This document shows positions 17,673 to 26,815 of a stretch of DNA of 64,000 nucleotides, piece after piece. How positions within the stretch are numbered: position 1 is the stretch's first letter; every line of letters starts with the position of its first letter. The DNA lies in contig OY781964.1 of assembly GCA_963677485.1 (NCBI GenBank), forward strand, positions 2,880,001-2,944,000, in the 5' to 3' direction. The stretch comes from Armatimonadota bacterium. Lineage in GTDB: Bacteria > Armatimonadota > HRBIN16. Both the position numbers and the translations under genes were made by a program. The notes beneath the pieces are model-generated. The model worked only from the letters and a program-made list of their open reading frames with translations, searched no databases and was not told where the DNA came from.

Positions 17673-18449
17673 ATGCAAGAGCTCCCTCAGCGTCGTGAAC
17701 CTACCACTCGCGAAAAGATCATTGTGGTCATCATCATCGCGGTGGTAGCTGGGTTCGGTACGCCTAGCTTCCTGCAGTTTCGCCGACAGGCGTTGAACGG
17801 CACCTGCGTGAGCAACCTTCGCAACCTGTCCGAGGGGATACGGCTCTACAGCCAGGACAACGATGACATCCTGCCGCTGGCCCACTACCTCCACCCCAAG
17901 ACCAAACAGCTTATCACCTGGGCTGAGCTGCTGTCGAACTACACCGATCCCAAATATCTCACCTGCCCGGCCGACCCGTCACCCAAGGGCCCGCCGTTTA
18001 TGGATATCAGCGACAGGGAGCGGGTGCATATCTCTTACGGCTATTTCCCCGGTGCGTCGGCAGCACACAAAGAAAAACTGGCCTACAACGGCTCCGAGTT
18101 GGCGATGCTAATGGACACCAGCGACGCCGGTTACCGCATCCACCCGATGCCCGGCATACCCGCCGAGAAGCAGGCGCTGTTTGTGGGTTTTGATACGCCC
18201 GATGGCCGCTACAGCAAGTCGGCGAAGGTGATGCAGAACACCGCGGTGATGCCCGCGAAGGGCAGTTGGCCTACGCCGACCAAGCTGCGCACCCGTCACG
18301 GCGAGACGTTCAACGTGCTGTTCGCGGACGGCCATATCGAGGGTGCCCCCATGAACACCGTGTTCCTGGACAACTCCACCGGCAGCCCCAGCACCCCCTG
18401 GAACCCCAAGCAGAAGGAAGCCAAACCGCTGGCCACCCCGAAGTTTTAG
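17673..18449 (+). CDS. DUF1559-like H-X9-DG protein with degenerate pilin-like N-terminus
   Basis: CVSNLRNLSEGIRLYSQDNDD; CPAD; RHGETFNVLFADGH. Confidence 0.85.
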   Translation: MQELPQRREPTTREKIIVVIIIAVVAGFGTPSFLQFRRQALNGTCVSNLRNLSEGIRLYSQDNDDILPLAHYLHPKTKQLITWAELLSNYTDPKYLTCPADPSPKGPPFMDISDRERVHISYGYFPGASAAHKEKLAYNGSELAMLMDTSDAGYRIHPMPGIPAEKQALFVGFDTPDGRYSKSAKVMQNTAVMPAKGSWPTPTKLRTRHGETFNVLFADGHIEGAPMNTVFLDNSTGSPSTPWNPKQKEAKPLATPKF

Positions 18450-18518
18450 CGAGGGACCGGCTCGCGGCTTGATAATTCAATCTCTTACCCACGAATACTT
18501 GCAGAGCCAGTAGACCGT

Positions 18519-18665
18519 CGATTCCGCGACATAAATGTCTCGGCTATTGAACACCAAGACTGCTGAAGCAGTCTACGATGTCGTTATCACCATCAGCACG
18601 AAGTTCCGCAGACCGTTTTAACGGGCTTGCTGATCAGTAGCCGAGACATTTATGTCGCGGAATCG
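18519..18665. repeat. REP doublet (inverted pair, GTAG family)
   Basis: About 55 bp inverted arms containing GTAGCCGAGACATTTATGTCGCGG. Confidence 0.85.
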
Positions 18666-18858
18666 GCGAAATACGAGCCCGGCTTGTTTTTTGCCGGTAA
18701 TGGCGTGTGCAAGCCCCCGTGCTTACCCCTGCTTTTGCACTCTCGCACCCGCCATTTGTCTGTTTTGCCCGTATCCTCAAAATCAACTCCCATCTGACGT
18801 AAACTGATACTAACCCGTGCATGCATCGGGCAGCTCATCATCTTGCGAGGTCATAAAT

Positions 18859-21096
18859 ATGTCAGAGATACGTCCGCTTTGGTTCACACACTCAAAAACA
18901 CCAGCCGATACCCACGTTGCGTTCAGGGGTCGCTTCAGCCTCTCTTCAAACCGTCCTGCGGAGCTGCACATCCTGGGGGCAAGCTGGTACCGGGTCTGGC
19001 TGGACGGCCAGGAACTGACCGAAGGGCCGCACCGGTTCCCCATTGCTCACCCGGAATACCAAGTGGTGCCTCTACCAGCCATATCCGGCGAGCATCTGCT
19101 GGCGGTGCAGATACATCATGAGGGCGTCAGCACGCGCATTCTGGACGATGTGCCGCCGTTCCTGTGGGCGCGAGTGATGTCGGATGGCAAGCCACAGCCG
19201 ATCACCTGGCGGTGCATCGAGCTGCCCGGCTACGCTAAGGCGACCAGGCGGATCAACGCCCAGTTGGCCTGGGTGGAGTGGTGCGATACCCGCGTGCAGC
19301 CCGTCGATTGGCAGAAACCGGCCTTCGATGACACTGCCTGGGCTGCGCCTGTGGAGGTCTCGCCAGCCCTGGGAGAACTCAAACCCGCCTCCATCGCGGA
19401 GCTACCCATCACCAAGCGACCGCTGGTACAGATTGCGAACGGGCTTCTCACAGAGGAATACGGCTACGAGCTGGATAACCCCAGCGCACGCTTTTTCCTG
19501 CGCAAGCTCAACGCCTCGCCGATGGTCGCCAACGGATTGTGGCGTAGGTATGATCTGGGCTTCATCAGCGTAGCGCGTCCGCAGATTGAGTTGGACCTCC
19601 CCGTTGGTGCGATTGTGGAGATGGCGATGAGCGAGGCTCTGCAGCATGACCGCGTATGCCCCTGGATTACACTCTCCGCCAGCGACTCTTGCAATATGGA
19701 CCACTATGTGGCCCGAGGCGGCAGGCAGTTGTTCGCACCGTTGACGCCCAAGGGTGGACGGTATCTGGAAGTGCATGTGCTGTGCGATCCGGAAAAGGTG
19801 AAGTTCCTCTCCGAAAGTGCCGATATCCGCTGCTACTTCAGCAAAGTGGTGGGCAGCTTCAAGTGTTCCGATGATGTGCTAAACCGCATCTGGATGCAAG
19901 GTGTGCATACTCACATGAGCTGCAGCGAGGATGCGCTCATCGACAACCCCACGCGCGAGCGCGGTCAGTGGACCGGCGACGTGGTCTCCGCCGGGATGGA
20001 TATCGCGGCCTCGGCGTTCACCGACCTGCGCCTCCTTCGGCGTGCCGTGCTTCAAAGCGCTCAATGTGCCGATGAGCGCGGCTACATCAGCGGGCTGTGC
20101 CCCGGTGGCGGAGGGGTGTTCAGCGCGTATGCGGTGCAGTGGAATACCGCTGTGATGCACTACTGGGCGCTCACCGGCGAGAACGACCTGCTGGAGCCGA
20201 TGTGGCCTCACGCTGTGCGCAACCTGCAGGGCGTAGAGAAGGCAATGAACGAGCAGGGCGTGGTGGACTTCGGCGTGCCCTTCATCGACTGGGGATATGT
20301 GCCCAATCCGGGCCAGGCCGACATGGGGCTCACGCTTCACAGTCTGGCAAGCGTGCGTGACACCATCCGCTGGGCAGAGGCCATCAGCCGGACGCAGGAG
20401 ATGCCGTGGCTGAAGAAGCTCGATCAGCGGCTGTCAGAGTGTGTGGCCCGGTATCTGGAGAGCAACCGCGTCTGCACTGTGGACTGGCGCGCGGTGGGAT
20501 ACCACCGCACAGTGCTGGCCTTGCGGCTGGGCTTAGTGCCGAGTCAGGAGGAGGCCGCGGCGGTGGCCTACATCAAGGCGCACATGCTGAGCTGCTTCCC
20601 CAACAACCCCAGCGCACCGCGGCTGGGATCGCCCACCATGGCTAACCCGCAACTGATCACGCCTTATTTCGCCCATTACGCCTTCCCTCCGTTACTGGAG
20701 CGTGGCGAGGCCGATTTCGTGCTGCAGCAGATGCGCGCCTGCTGGGGCTGGGCGATGGAGACCGGCATCACCACCTGGGTGGAGGTGTTCGATACCCGAT
20801 GGAGCCATTGCCACCAGTGGGCGGGTTGCCCCACCTGGCAGCTCAGCCAGTATGGGCTGGGTCTGCACCCGTGCCTGGACCAGGGGGATCGCCATTACCG
20901 GTTTGTGTTGACCCTCGGTAGCCTGGATTGGGCCGAGGGTATCCTGCCCGTGCCACACAGTGAAAGCGGCATCCGCATCAGCTGGCGGCGTGACGGCAAG
21001 ACGATCGTGTGGAAGGCTGAGGCCGATCAGCCCATCACCGTGCTGAACACACCGCAGGGCACCCTCACCGGCACCAGCCTCGAGCTGCGGTTGTAA
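18859..21096 (+). CDS. Alpha-L-rhamnosidase-like glycoside hydrolase (GH78)
   Basis: DNPTRERGQWTGD, TTWVE, SHCHQW motifs; GAGG RBS. Confidence 0.88.
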   Translation: MSEIRPLWFTHSKTPADTHVAFRGRFSLSSNRPAELHILGASWYRVWLDGQELTEGPHRFPIAHPEYQVVPLPAISGEHLLAVQIHHEGVSTRILDDVPPFLWARVMSDGKPQPITWRCIELPGYAKATRRINAQLAWVEWCDTRVQPVDWQKPAFDDTAWAAPVEVSPALGELKPASIAELPITKRPLVQIANGLLTEEYGYELDNPSARFFLRKLNASPMVANGLWRRYDLGFISVARPQIELDLPVGAIVEMAMSEALQHDRVCPWITLSASDSCNMDHYVARGGRQLFAPLTPKGGRYLEVHVLCDPEKVKFLSESADIRCYFSKVVGSFKCSDDVLNRIWMQGVHTHMSCSEDALIDNPTRERGQWTGDVVSAGMDIAASAFTDLRLLRRAVLQSAQCADERGYISGLCPGGGGVFSAYAVQWNTAVMHYWALTGENDLLEPMWPHAVRNLQGVEKAMNEQGVVDFGVPFIDWGYVPNPGQADMGLTLHSLASVRDTIRWAEAISRTQEMPWLKKLDQRLSECVARYLESNRVCTVDWRAVGYHRTVLALRLGLVPSQEEAAAVAYIKAHMLSCFPNNPSAPRLGSPTMANPQLITPYFAHYAFPPLLERGEADFVLQQMRACWGWAMETGITTWVEVFDTRWSHCHQWAGCPTWQLSQYGLGLHPCLDQGDRHYRFVLTLGSLDWAEGILPVPHSESGIRISWRRDGKTIVWKAEADQPITVLNTPQGTLTGTSLELRL

Positions 21097-21114
21097 GGAA
21101 ACACCGGGCGAAAT

Positions 21115-21164
21115 GTAGGGGCATGGCGTGCCGTGCCCGTAGGGGCGTCCGGCCGGACGCCCCC
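21115..21164 (+). repeat. Two adjacent GTAG-type REP palindromes
   Basis: GTAGGGGCATGGCGTGCCGTGCCC and GTAGGGGCGTCCGGCCGGACGCCCC between convergent genes. Confidence 0.75.
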
Positions 21165-21175
21165 AAAATCCCACC

Positions 21176-24100
21176 TTACCCCATCCGCAGCCGGTAGCTC
21201 ACGATCTCAAACGCACGCAGCGTCATCGTGAGCCCTCCATCCCAGCTCGCCTGATCGAGCTGATCCTCCAGGATGTTCACCATCTCCGCTGAAACTACGG
21301 GCAGAGCGGTGGTCAGGCAGCCTGTCTGGCGTGAGCCGCTGCTTTCGTATAGGCGCACGATGAGGTCGTCGCTGTCCTCCGCCTTCTTCACAGTGTCGAT
21401 CACTATCGCGGGGTTGTCGATTTCGAAGAACGACTTGCTGGTGGGCTGAGTCACCGTCGGCAGAACGGCAAGCGGCTGGTTGAAGCACATCGCCTCGCGC
21501 ACCACACCACCGAGTTGTGGTCCACCAGCGTGCGGATAGAGCGCATACCGGAACCAGTGCCGGCCCATATCGGCCTGCGGATCGGGCCATTTCGGCGAGC
21601 GCAGCAGCGAAAGCGAGAGCACACCGGCGTGGCAGGAGTAGCCGTATTTGCTGTCATTGATCAGTGCCACACCGAAAGCTGGCTCCGAAAGGTCAGCCCA
21701 GCGTTGGCCTGGAACCTCAAACCTCGCCCAGTCCCAGGAGGTGTTGTAGTGTGTAGGTCGGCGCAGATGTCCAAACTGAATCTCGTAGGTGGCGTAATCC
21801 GTATGGATGTCCAGCGGGAACTCCACTTTCAGCATCTGGCTGTCTTCGTGCCAGTCGGTCACCACATCGAAGTTTAGCCGACAGGATCTGGCGTCCAGAG
21901 AGATTGTCTGCGACATGCTGGACACCGCACTGATGGCGGTCTCAACCCGGATGTTGCCGCGCAGCCCACCTTGGTCTACAACCGATGCCGAGATTGCCTC
22001 ACCGACTTCCCGCCGGTAATCCAGGTGGTAGATATCCAGGTTCCAGGCGTCATAGGCGCGCGGATGGTCCTCAAACAGCGCCATCTGGTTGGCCACGCAG
22101 CCGGATTTGACGGTTTCGCGCCGGTTGCGTTTGTCAAAGAAGCTGGTGATTCGGCCTGTGGCATCTATTGCCGCGCGCACCAGACCGTTCTCCAGCACAT
22201 ATCCGCTCTCGGACATGGTGACGGTGACCTGGTCATCCATCTGAGGCTGAGGTGTGACCACCGCGTAGCCCATCGAAGGTGCGGTCACGCAAGCTGGCCC
22301 ATCGCTGGTGTCCACCACCTCACTACGATCAAAGCTCAGCGTGTTCACCACCAGCAGATTCGGCTGATCTGATGATATTTTGGGTATGGATGGCACGCCA
22401 AACGGGTGCTCTTCACATTGATCCACCATCAGATTCGCAGCGACGGTTTCGCTTGCCATCGCAGCGATCAGGCGCGACTTCATCTGGTGGCCTGCTATGG
22501 CGATCTGGGCATATTCTTTGCGCGTCACTTCATACACATCGGGGATAGACGACCCAGGAAGGATGTCGTGGAACTGGTTGAGAAGCACGGTTTCCCACAG
22601 CGCGTTGATTTCGGATTGAGGATAAACGCCCAGTTTGAGAGCAGAAGCCAGAGATGCCAGCAGCTCCAGGTCGTGCAGCATCTCCTCACTGCGGCGGTTG
22701 TCCCGTTTGACCGCGGCCTGCGAGGTGAATGTGCCGCGGTGTTCCTCAAAGTAGAGCTCGCCGACCCAAGTGGCCGGATCTTTGATATCCGCTTTTGCCC
22801 GTTTGAAGAACTCCGGTGCCGACCGGATTTCGATGTCCGGCATCGCAGGGATGTCTTTCAGCAGCCGATACCGATCGAGCATCACCTCAGTGGGCGCGCC
22901 GCCTGCGTCGCCATAACCGAAGGTCATCAGCGTCTCATGGCCGCGGTCATGGTCCAGATAGTGGTTGACCTGGTTGAGTACGGTGTCCGCCTCAAAGCAG
23001 AACCCGCCGGGCGGCAGGTGCGTGAAGGTCTGGGTGCCGTCGATGCCTTCCCACAGGAAGCTGGTGTTGACCGGCTTGTTGAACTGGTTGCCCCAGAGCT
23101 TGATGGTGTAGAAGTTGCTGATGCCCGACAGCTTGAGTATCTGCGGCAGCGCGGCGGTGTAGCCGAACACATCGGGCTGCCAGAACTCCTCGCATGTGAT
23201 GCCAAACTCCTGCCGGAAGAACCGCTGGCCGAACAGGAACTGCCGCGCCAGTGACTCACCGGAGGGCACGTTGCAGTCAGGTTCGATCCAGGAACCACCC
23301 ACCGGCACGAACCGTCCCTCGCTCACACGCCGCTGGATCTGCTTCCAGACATCGGGATAGAGGTCGCGCATCCAACGGAACTGCAGTGCCTGAGAGCACG
23401 AGTAAACTAGATCCGGGTATTTCTCCATCAGCCGCATCACACCCGCAAACCCGCCGGCGCACTTGCGCTTGGTCTCTTCAACGGGCCACATCCAGGCGGT
23501 GTCGATGTGCGCTTCGCCGATGGCGGATATCTTGAAGGGGTTGCCGGGCTGCTTTACGTTAAAGAAGCCGTCTCCAGCTTGAATCGCAGCGGTCCAGCTT
23601 GAGCGGTCATCCAGGTCGCATAATCTGGTCATCTCGTATGCGGCGGTGATGGCTGAGGTGCGGTTCGGGCCAGCCGGCAGTGAACGGTAGAGGTTGAGCA
23701 GGGAATCCAGCCGGAGCCATAGATCCCAAGCCTCGCGGTCAAACCTGACCAGCCTGACGCGCTTAACCACGAACTCCCGTTGCTCCCGTGAGCCCACAAA
23801 CGGCTCCCGGAGGTAGCCCCAGTAGGCGCAGCAAGACATCTGGGCCACACAAGACAGGGTTTGGCCGCCTTTGGCCGATGTGACCAAGGGGCAGTATGGC
23901 TTGATGTTGTCCGTTTGACCGGGCCAGGAACAGTTGATGATGCTCTGAAGTACCACACCATCTGACCATATCAGCGCTTCGGCGTCGTTCTCGAAGATGA
24001 GGCCGACTTCCGAACCGGTCCAATCATCTGGCACACGTCCCTCGATTTTGAACCAGTGGTGCGACCACATCCCAGTGAAGAGCTCTCCCTCACTGACGGG

Positions 24101-24262
24101 CCGAAAGTCGCCCTGCATTGCCTGGTCATACGAGACTGTTCCAGCGGGGGAGGTAACGGACATCGTGACCGGAGCCATATCCATCGCCTGCAGTTTTTGC
24201 TGCTTGAACAAGGCTGTGAACTGCGTCACGTGATCATATGAGATGTCTGGGTGCTTAAGCAT
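21176..24262 (-). CDS. Alpha-mannosidase (GH38)
   Basis: AHIDTAWMWP, WQPDVFGY, GELYFEEHRGTFTSQ, LLNQFHDILPGSSI. Confidence 0.95.
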   Translation of the reverse strand: MLKHPDISYDHVTQFTALFKQQKLQAMDMAPVTMSVTSPAGTVSYDQAMQGDFRPVSEGELFTGMWSHHWFKIEGRVPDDWTGSEVGLIFENDAEALIWSDGVVLQSIINCSWPGQTDNIKPYCPLVTSAKGGQTLSCVAQMSCCAYWGYLREPFVGSREQREFVVKRVRLVRFDREAWDLWLRLDSLLNLYRSLPAGPNRTSAITAAYEMTRLCDLDDRSSWTAAIQAGDGFFNVKQPGNPFKISAIGEAHIDTAWMWPVEETKRKCAGGFAGVMRLMEKYPDLVYSCSQALQFRWMRDLYPDVWKQIQRRVSEGRFVPVGGSWIEPDCNVPSGESLARQFLFGQRFFRQEFGITCEEFWQPDVFGYTAALPQILKLSGISNFYTIKLWGNQFNKPVNTSFLWEGIDGTQTFTHLPPGGFCFEADTVLNQVNHYLDHDRGHETLMTFGYGDAGGAPTEVMLDRYRLLKDIPAMPDIEIRSAPEFFKRAKADIKDPATWVGELYFEEHRGTFTSQAAVKRDNRRSEEMLHDLELLASLASALKLGVYPQSEINALWETVLLNQFHDILPGSSIPDVYEVTRKEYAQIAIAGHQMKSRLIAAMASETVAANLMVDQCEEHPFGVPSIPKISSDQPNLLVVNTLSFDRSEVVDTSDGPACVTAPSMGYAVVTPQPQMDDQVTVTMSESGYVLENGLVRAAIDATGRITSFFDKRNRRETVKSGCVANQMALFEDHPRAYDAWNLDIYHLDYRREVGEAISASVVDQGGLRGNIRVETAISAVSSMSQTISLDARSCRLNFDVVTDWHEDSQMLKVEFPLDIHTDYATYEIQFGHLRRPTHYNTSWDWARFEVPGQRWADLSEPAFGVALINDSKYGYSCHAGVLSLSLLRSPKWPDPQADMGRHWFRYALYPHAGGPQLGGVVREAMCFNQPLAVLPTVTQPTSKSFFEIDNPAIVIDTVKKAEDSDDLIVRLYESSGSRQTGCLTTALPVVSAEMVNILEDQLDQASWDGGLTMTLRAFEIVSYRLRMG

Positions 24263-24301
24263 TTGTTTACCTCGTGCGTTGTGATGCTATACCTGTGGTT
24301 C

Positions 24302-26578
24302 CTATTTGGATATGACGACCCGACCGACGCCAACGCTGCCGGAGGTGGCCCCAAACCGCAGCCGGAATCCGGTAATAGTGCCCTTCCAGGCGAGTGTGTC
24401 TGACATGTCGACGACGTAGTTTTTCCACAATGGCGTCATGATATTGAATGGGTAGCCATCTTTGCTCATCGCTCGGATATCTACCGTCTTCGAACTCCAG
24501 TTGATGCCTCCATCGGTTGAGAACTCGATGCTCAGCTTGGGGCTTGTGGTGGAGTTACGCATATACACGTTGACTTTATTGTAACCACCGGTGACGTCTA
24601 CCTCCACATCTTTCTTCTCTATGTAGGCATCTGGGCCGGCGATCTCCGCGTAGCCAACCGAATAGGGCTTGTAGAGCCAGTCTATGATGCCGTCACTGGC
24701 GGTCCAGTTCTGCTCCAGTTTGAACATATCTCCCGCGAACGGGAAAAGTCCACCGGGGGCACCGTTCTGAATGTCTATGACGCTGACCTCACGCTTGCGA
24801 TTGGCCTGTTTGTAGACCAGCAGCTCATCTGCAGTGGCTTTTCCGTTGGCGTTGAACCCGACTGAGCCCGTGCGATAAGTGGCGTCTGCCAGCGTGTCCA
24901 CCAGCCGCTCGTCGATGTAGGTTTTGATTGCCGCACCGCTGGCATCTATCCGAACTCGGAACCAACGGTTTGGGTCTAGATCAGGCACCGCAATCATCTT
25001 GAGTGTGGTCAGCGAGTTGCCCGTCCGCTTTTTGGCGGTGATGGTGCCCTTCGCGAACGCCCACACGTATCCGTTGGCCTTATCCGAGTAGAATTCCAAA
25101 TCGGCAGCACCTTTCATATACGTGTTGACGATGTAGTCAGAGCCTGAAAACTTCGTGCGGATTTTGGCACCCTTCGCTAACGCGAGGTGGCTGTTGGATA
25201 CCGAAGCACCCTTCGTGTTGGAGAAGCGCCCAAGCCCCTGTTCATCAAACGCCTCGCCTACATCGGCGGTGGTGGAGGTGAAGTCCGTGACATCAAACCG
25301 GCTGGCTGGCAGTTCGCTCATCATCTCCTTACTTCCAGTTTTCGTGAAGTAGTAATAGGGCACGGTACCGGGAAGGCCCACATCGATACAGTTCTGTATC
25401 GTGATCTTGGGATGTGTTTCATAGTGGTCGGAGCTGACGTAAAATGTGGACTGGGCGGTGATGTCCCTTCGTCCGTTATTGATGGACAGACTGTTTTTGA
25501 TGGTGTTGCCATGGGTCGTTCCTTTGCCATCATTTTGCAGCAGAAACTGGCCGTCGTTGTCGTGGACATAGCAGCGGTCGATCACGCAGTTGGTGTTGTT
25601 CTCTTCCCAGTCAATGCCGCAGGCATCATAAGCTTGTCCGCCGTTGGTGGTATACGCCACCTCAGTATCTTGAATCAGGCACTCCGTAGTATTTTGCACC
25701 AGGATGCCGCACGAACCAGGGTTGAAACTTCGTCGTCCAGTGTTGATGAACTTCGAGTTTCTGACGGTGATGTGGCCTTCTACCTTATCGACATCCGCAA
25801 AGTTCTCACAACTGTAGAGCATCAACCCCTGTATCGCGGAGTTGTAGGCCTGGAAGTTGTTGATGTCCACATAACTGCCTACGATCTCGCCTGGCGAGTC
25901 GCAGTTGTCGGTGGTGACATCCGTAATCTCGACATGCTTGATAAACCTGAGCCACATCCCCCAGGACAACGGCGCACCCTCTGGACCCCGCTTATCGACA
26001 TCAAAAATCGTGTTGATGGTCATGTTGGAGAATCGACAGTTTTGGATGCTCAAGCCATCGAAAAAGGAGTCAAAGGACTTGAACGATGAGATACCCAAAA
26101 GATAGTGGTCCATGTTGATGTTGCGTATCCGGTAAGCCTTCATGGTCTCTGGATTGGAGAGGGAGATACCCGGCTTATCCTTGCCGCCATCCTTGAACAG
26201 CGGGTTAAATCCTGCGCCATAGGCATCGATGGTGATCCATCGGCCGGCCGTCAGATCTCCGCTGCCTTTCGGGGCCAGGTGGGCATTAATGAATGTGTCA
26301 CCACGCTTGAAGAGTATGTTGTCTCCCGGCTGCATGGCGATCTTGTTGACCGGTAGCACCGTCTTGAAAGGGCTCTTTTCACTCCGGCCATCGTTGTGGT
26401 CATCGCCAGTGGAGGCACTGACATAGTAGGTCGTGCCAGAACCCAGATCGCTTGGGGTGCCACTCATCTTGACCGCTGCCGGTGGTTTCGGCCAGTTCGG
26501 AGCTGGCAGTTGTGTTGCCTGCGCCTGCGATGCGTATAAGCAGAGCACCAGCAGTGCGGGTATGATGTGTTTGGCCAA
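24302..26578 (-). CDS. Secreted right-handed parallel beta-helix protein with C-terminal beta-sandwich domains
   Basis: Signal peptide; TYYVS..GDDHNDG.S...PFKT; PGDNILFKRGDTF; repeated I.N/D coils. Confidence 0.82.
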   Translation of the reverse strand: MAKHIIPALLVLCLYASQAQATQLPAPNWPKPPAAVKMSGTPSDLGSGTTYYVSASTGDDHNDGRSEKSPFKTVLPVNKIAMQPGDNILFKRGDTFINAHLAPKGSGDLTAGRWITIDAYGAGFNPLFKDGGKDKPGISLSNPETMKAYRIRNINMDHYLLGISSFKSFDSFFDGLSIQNCRFSNMTINTIFDVDKRGPEGAPLSWGMWLRFIKHVEITDVTTDNCDSPGEIVGSYVDINNFQAYNSAIQGLMLYSCENFADVDKVEGHITVRNSKFINTGRRSFNPGSCGILVQNTTECLIQDTEVAYTTNGGQAYDACGIDWEENNTNCVIDRCYVHDNDGQFLLQNDGKGTTHGNTIKNSLSINNGRRDITAQSTFYVSSDHYETHPKITIQNCIDVGLPGTVPYYYFTKTGSKEMMSELPASRFDVTDFTSTTADVGEAFDEQGLGRFSNTKGASVSNSHLALAKGAKIRTKFSGSDYIVNTYMKGAADLEFYSDKANGYVWAFAKGTITAKKRTGNSLTTLKMIAVPDLDPNRWFRVRIDASGAAIKTYIDERLVDTLADATYRTGSVGFNANGKATADELLVYKQANRKREVSVIDIQNGAPGGLFPFAGDMFKLEQNWTASDGIIDWLYKPYSVGYAEIAGPDAYIEKKDVEVDVTGGYNKVNVYMRNSTTSPKLSIEFSTDGGINWSSKTVDIRAMSKDGYPFNIMTPLWKNYVVDMSDTLAWKGTITGFRLRFGATSGSVGVGRVVISK

Positions 26579-26815
26579 GTTGAGTTCCCTTTCGTCTGAG
26601 CCTGAAGTTTATTGCTATGTTTATTGTGTCGCACTATTAGCAGAATTGCTAGACCGGTCTAGCATGGGTTTGGTGGGGGTGCCACACCCCGGTTGCTGAT
26701 TGGACGGATGCGATAGTATACGGGTTGGTGCTACTCATGAGAAGGCAATTACCCACCAATAATAAACGAGCTCACACGCATCCACCACCGAGACATTAAT
26801 GTCGCGGCAGCATGG

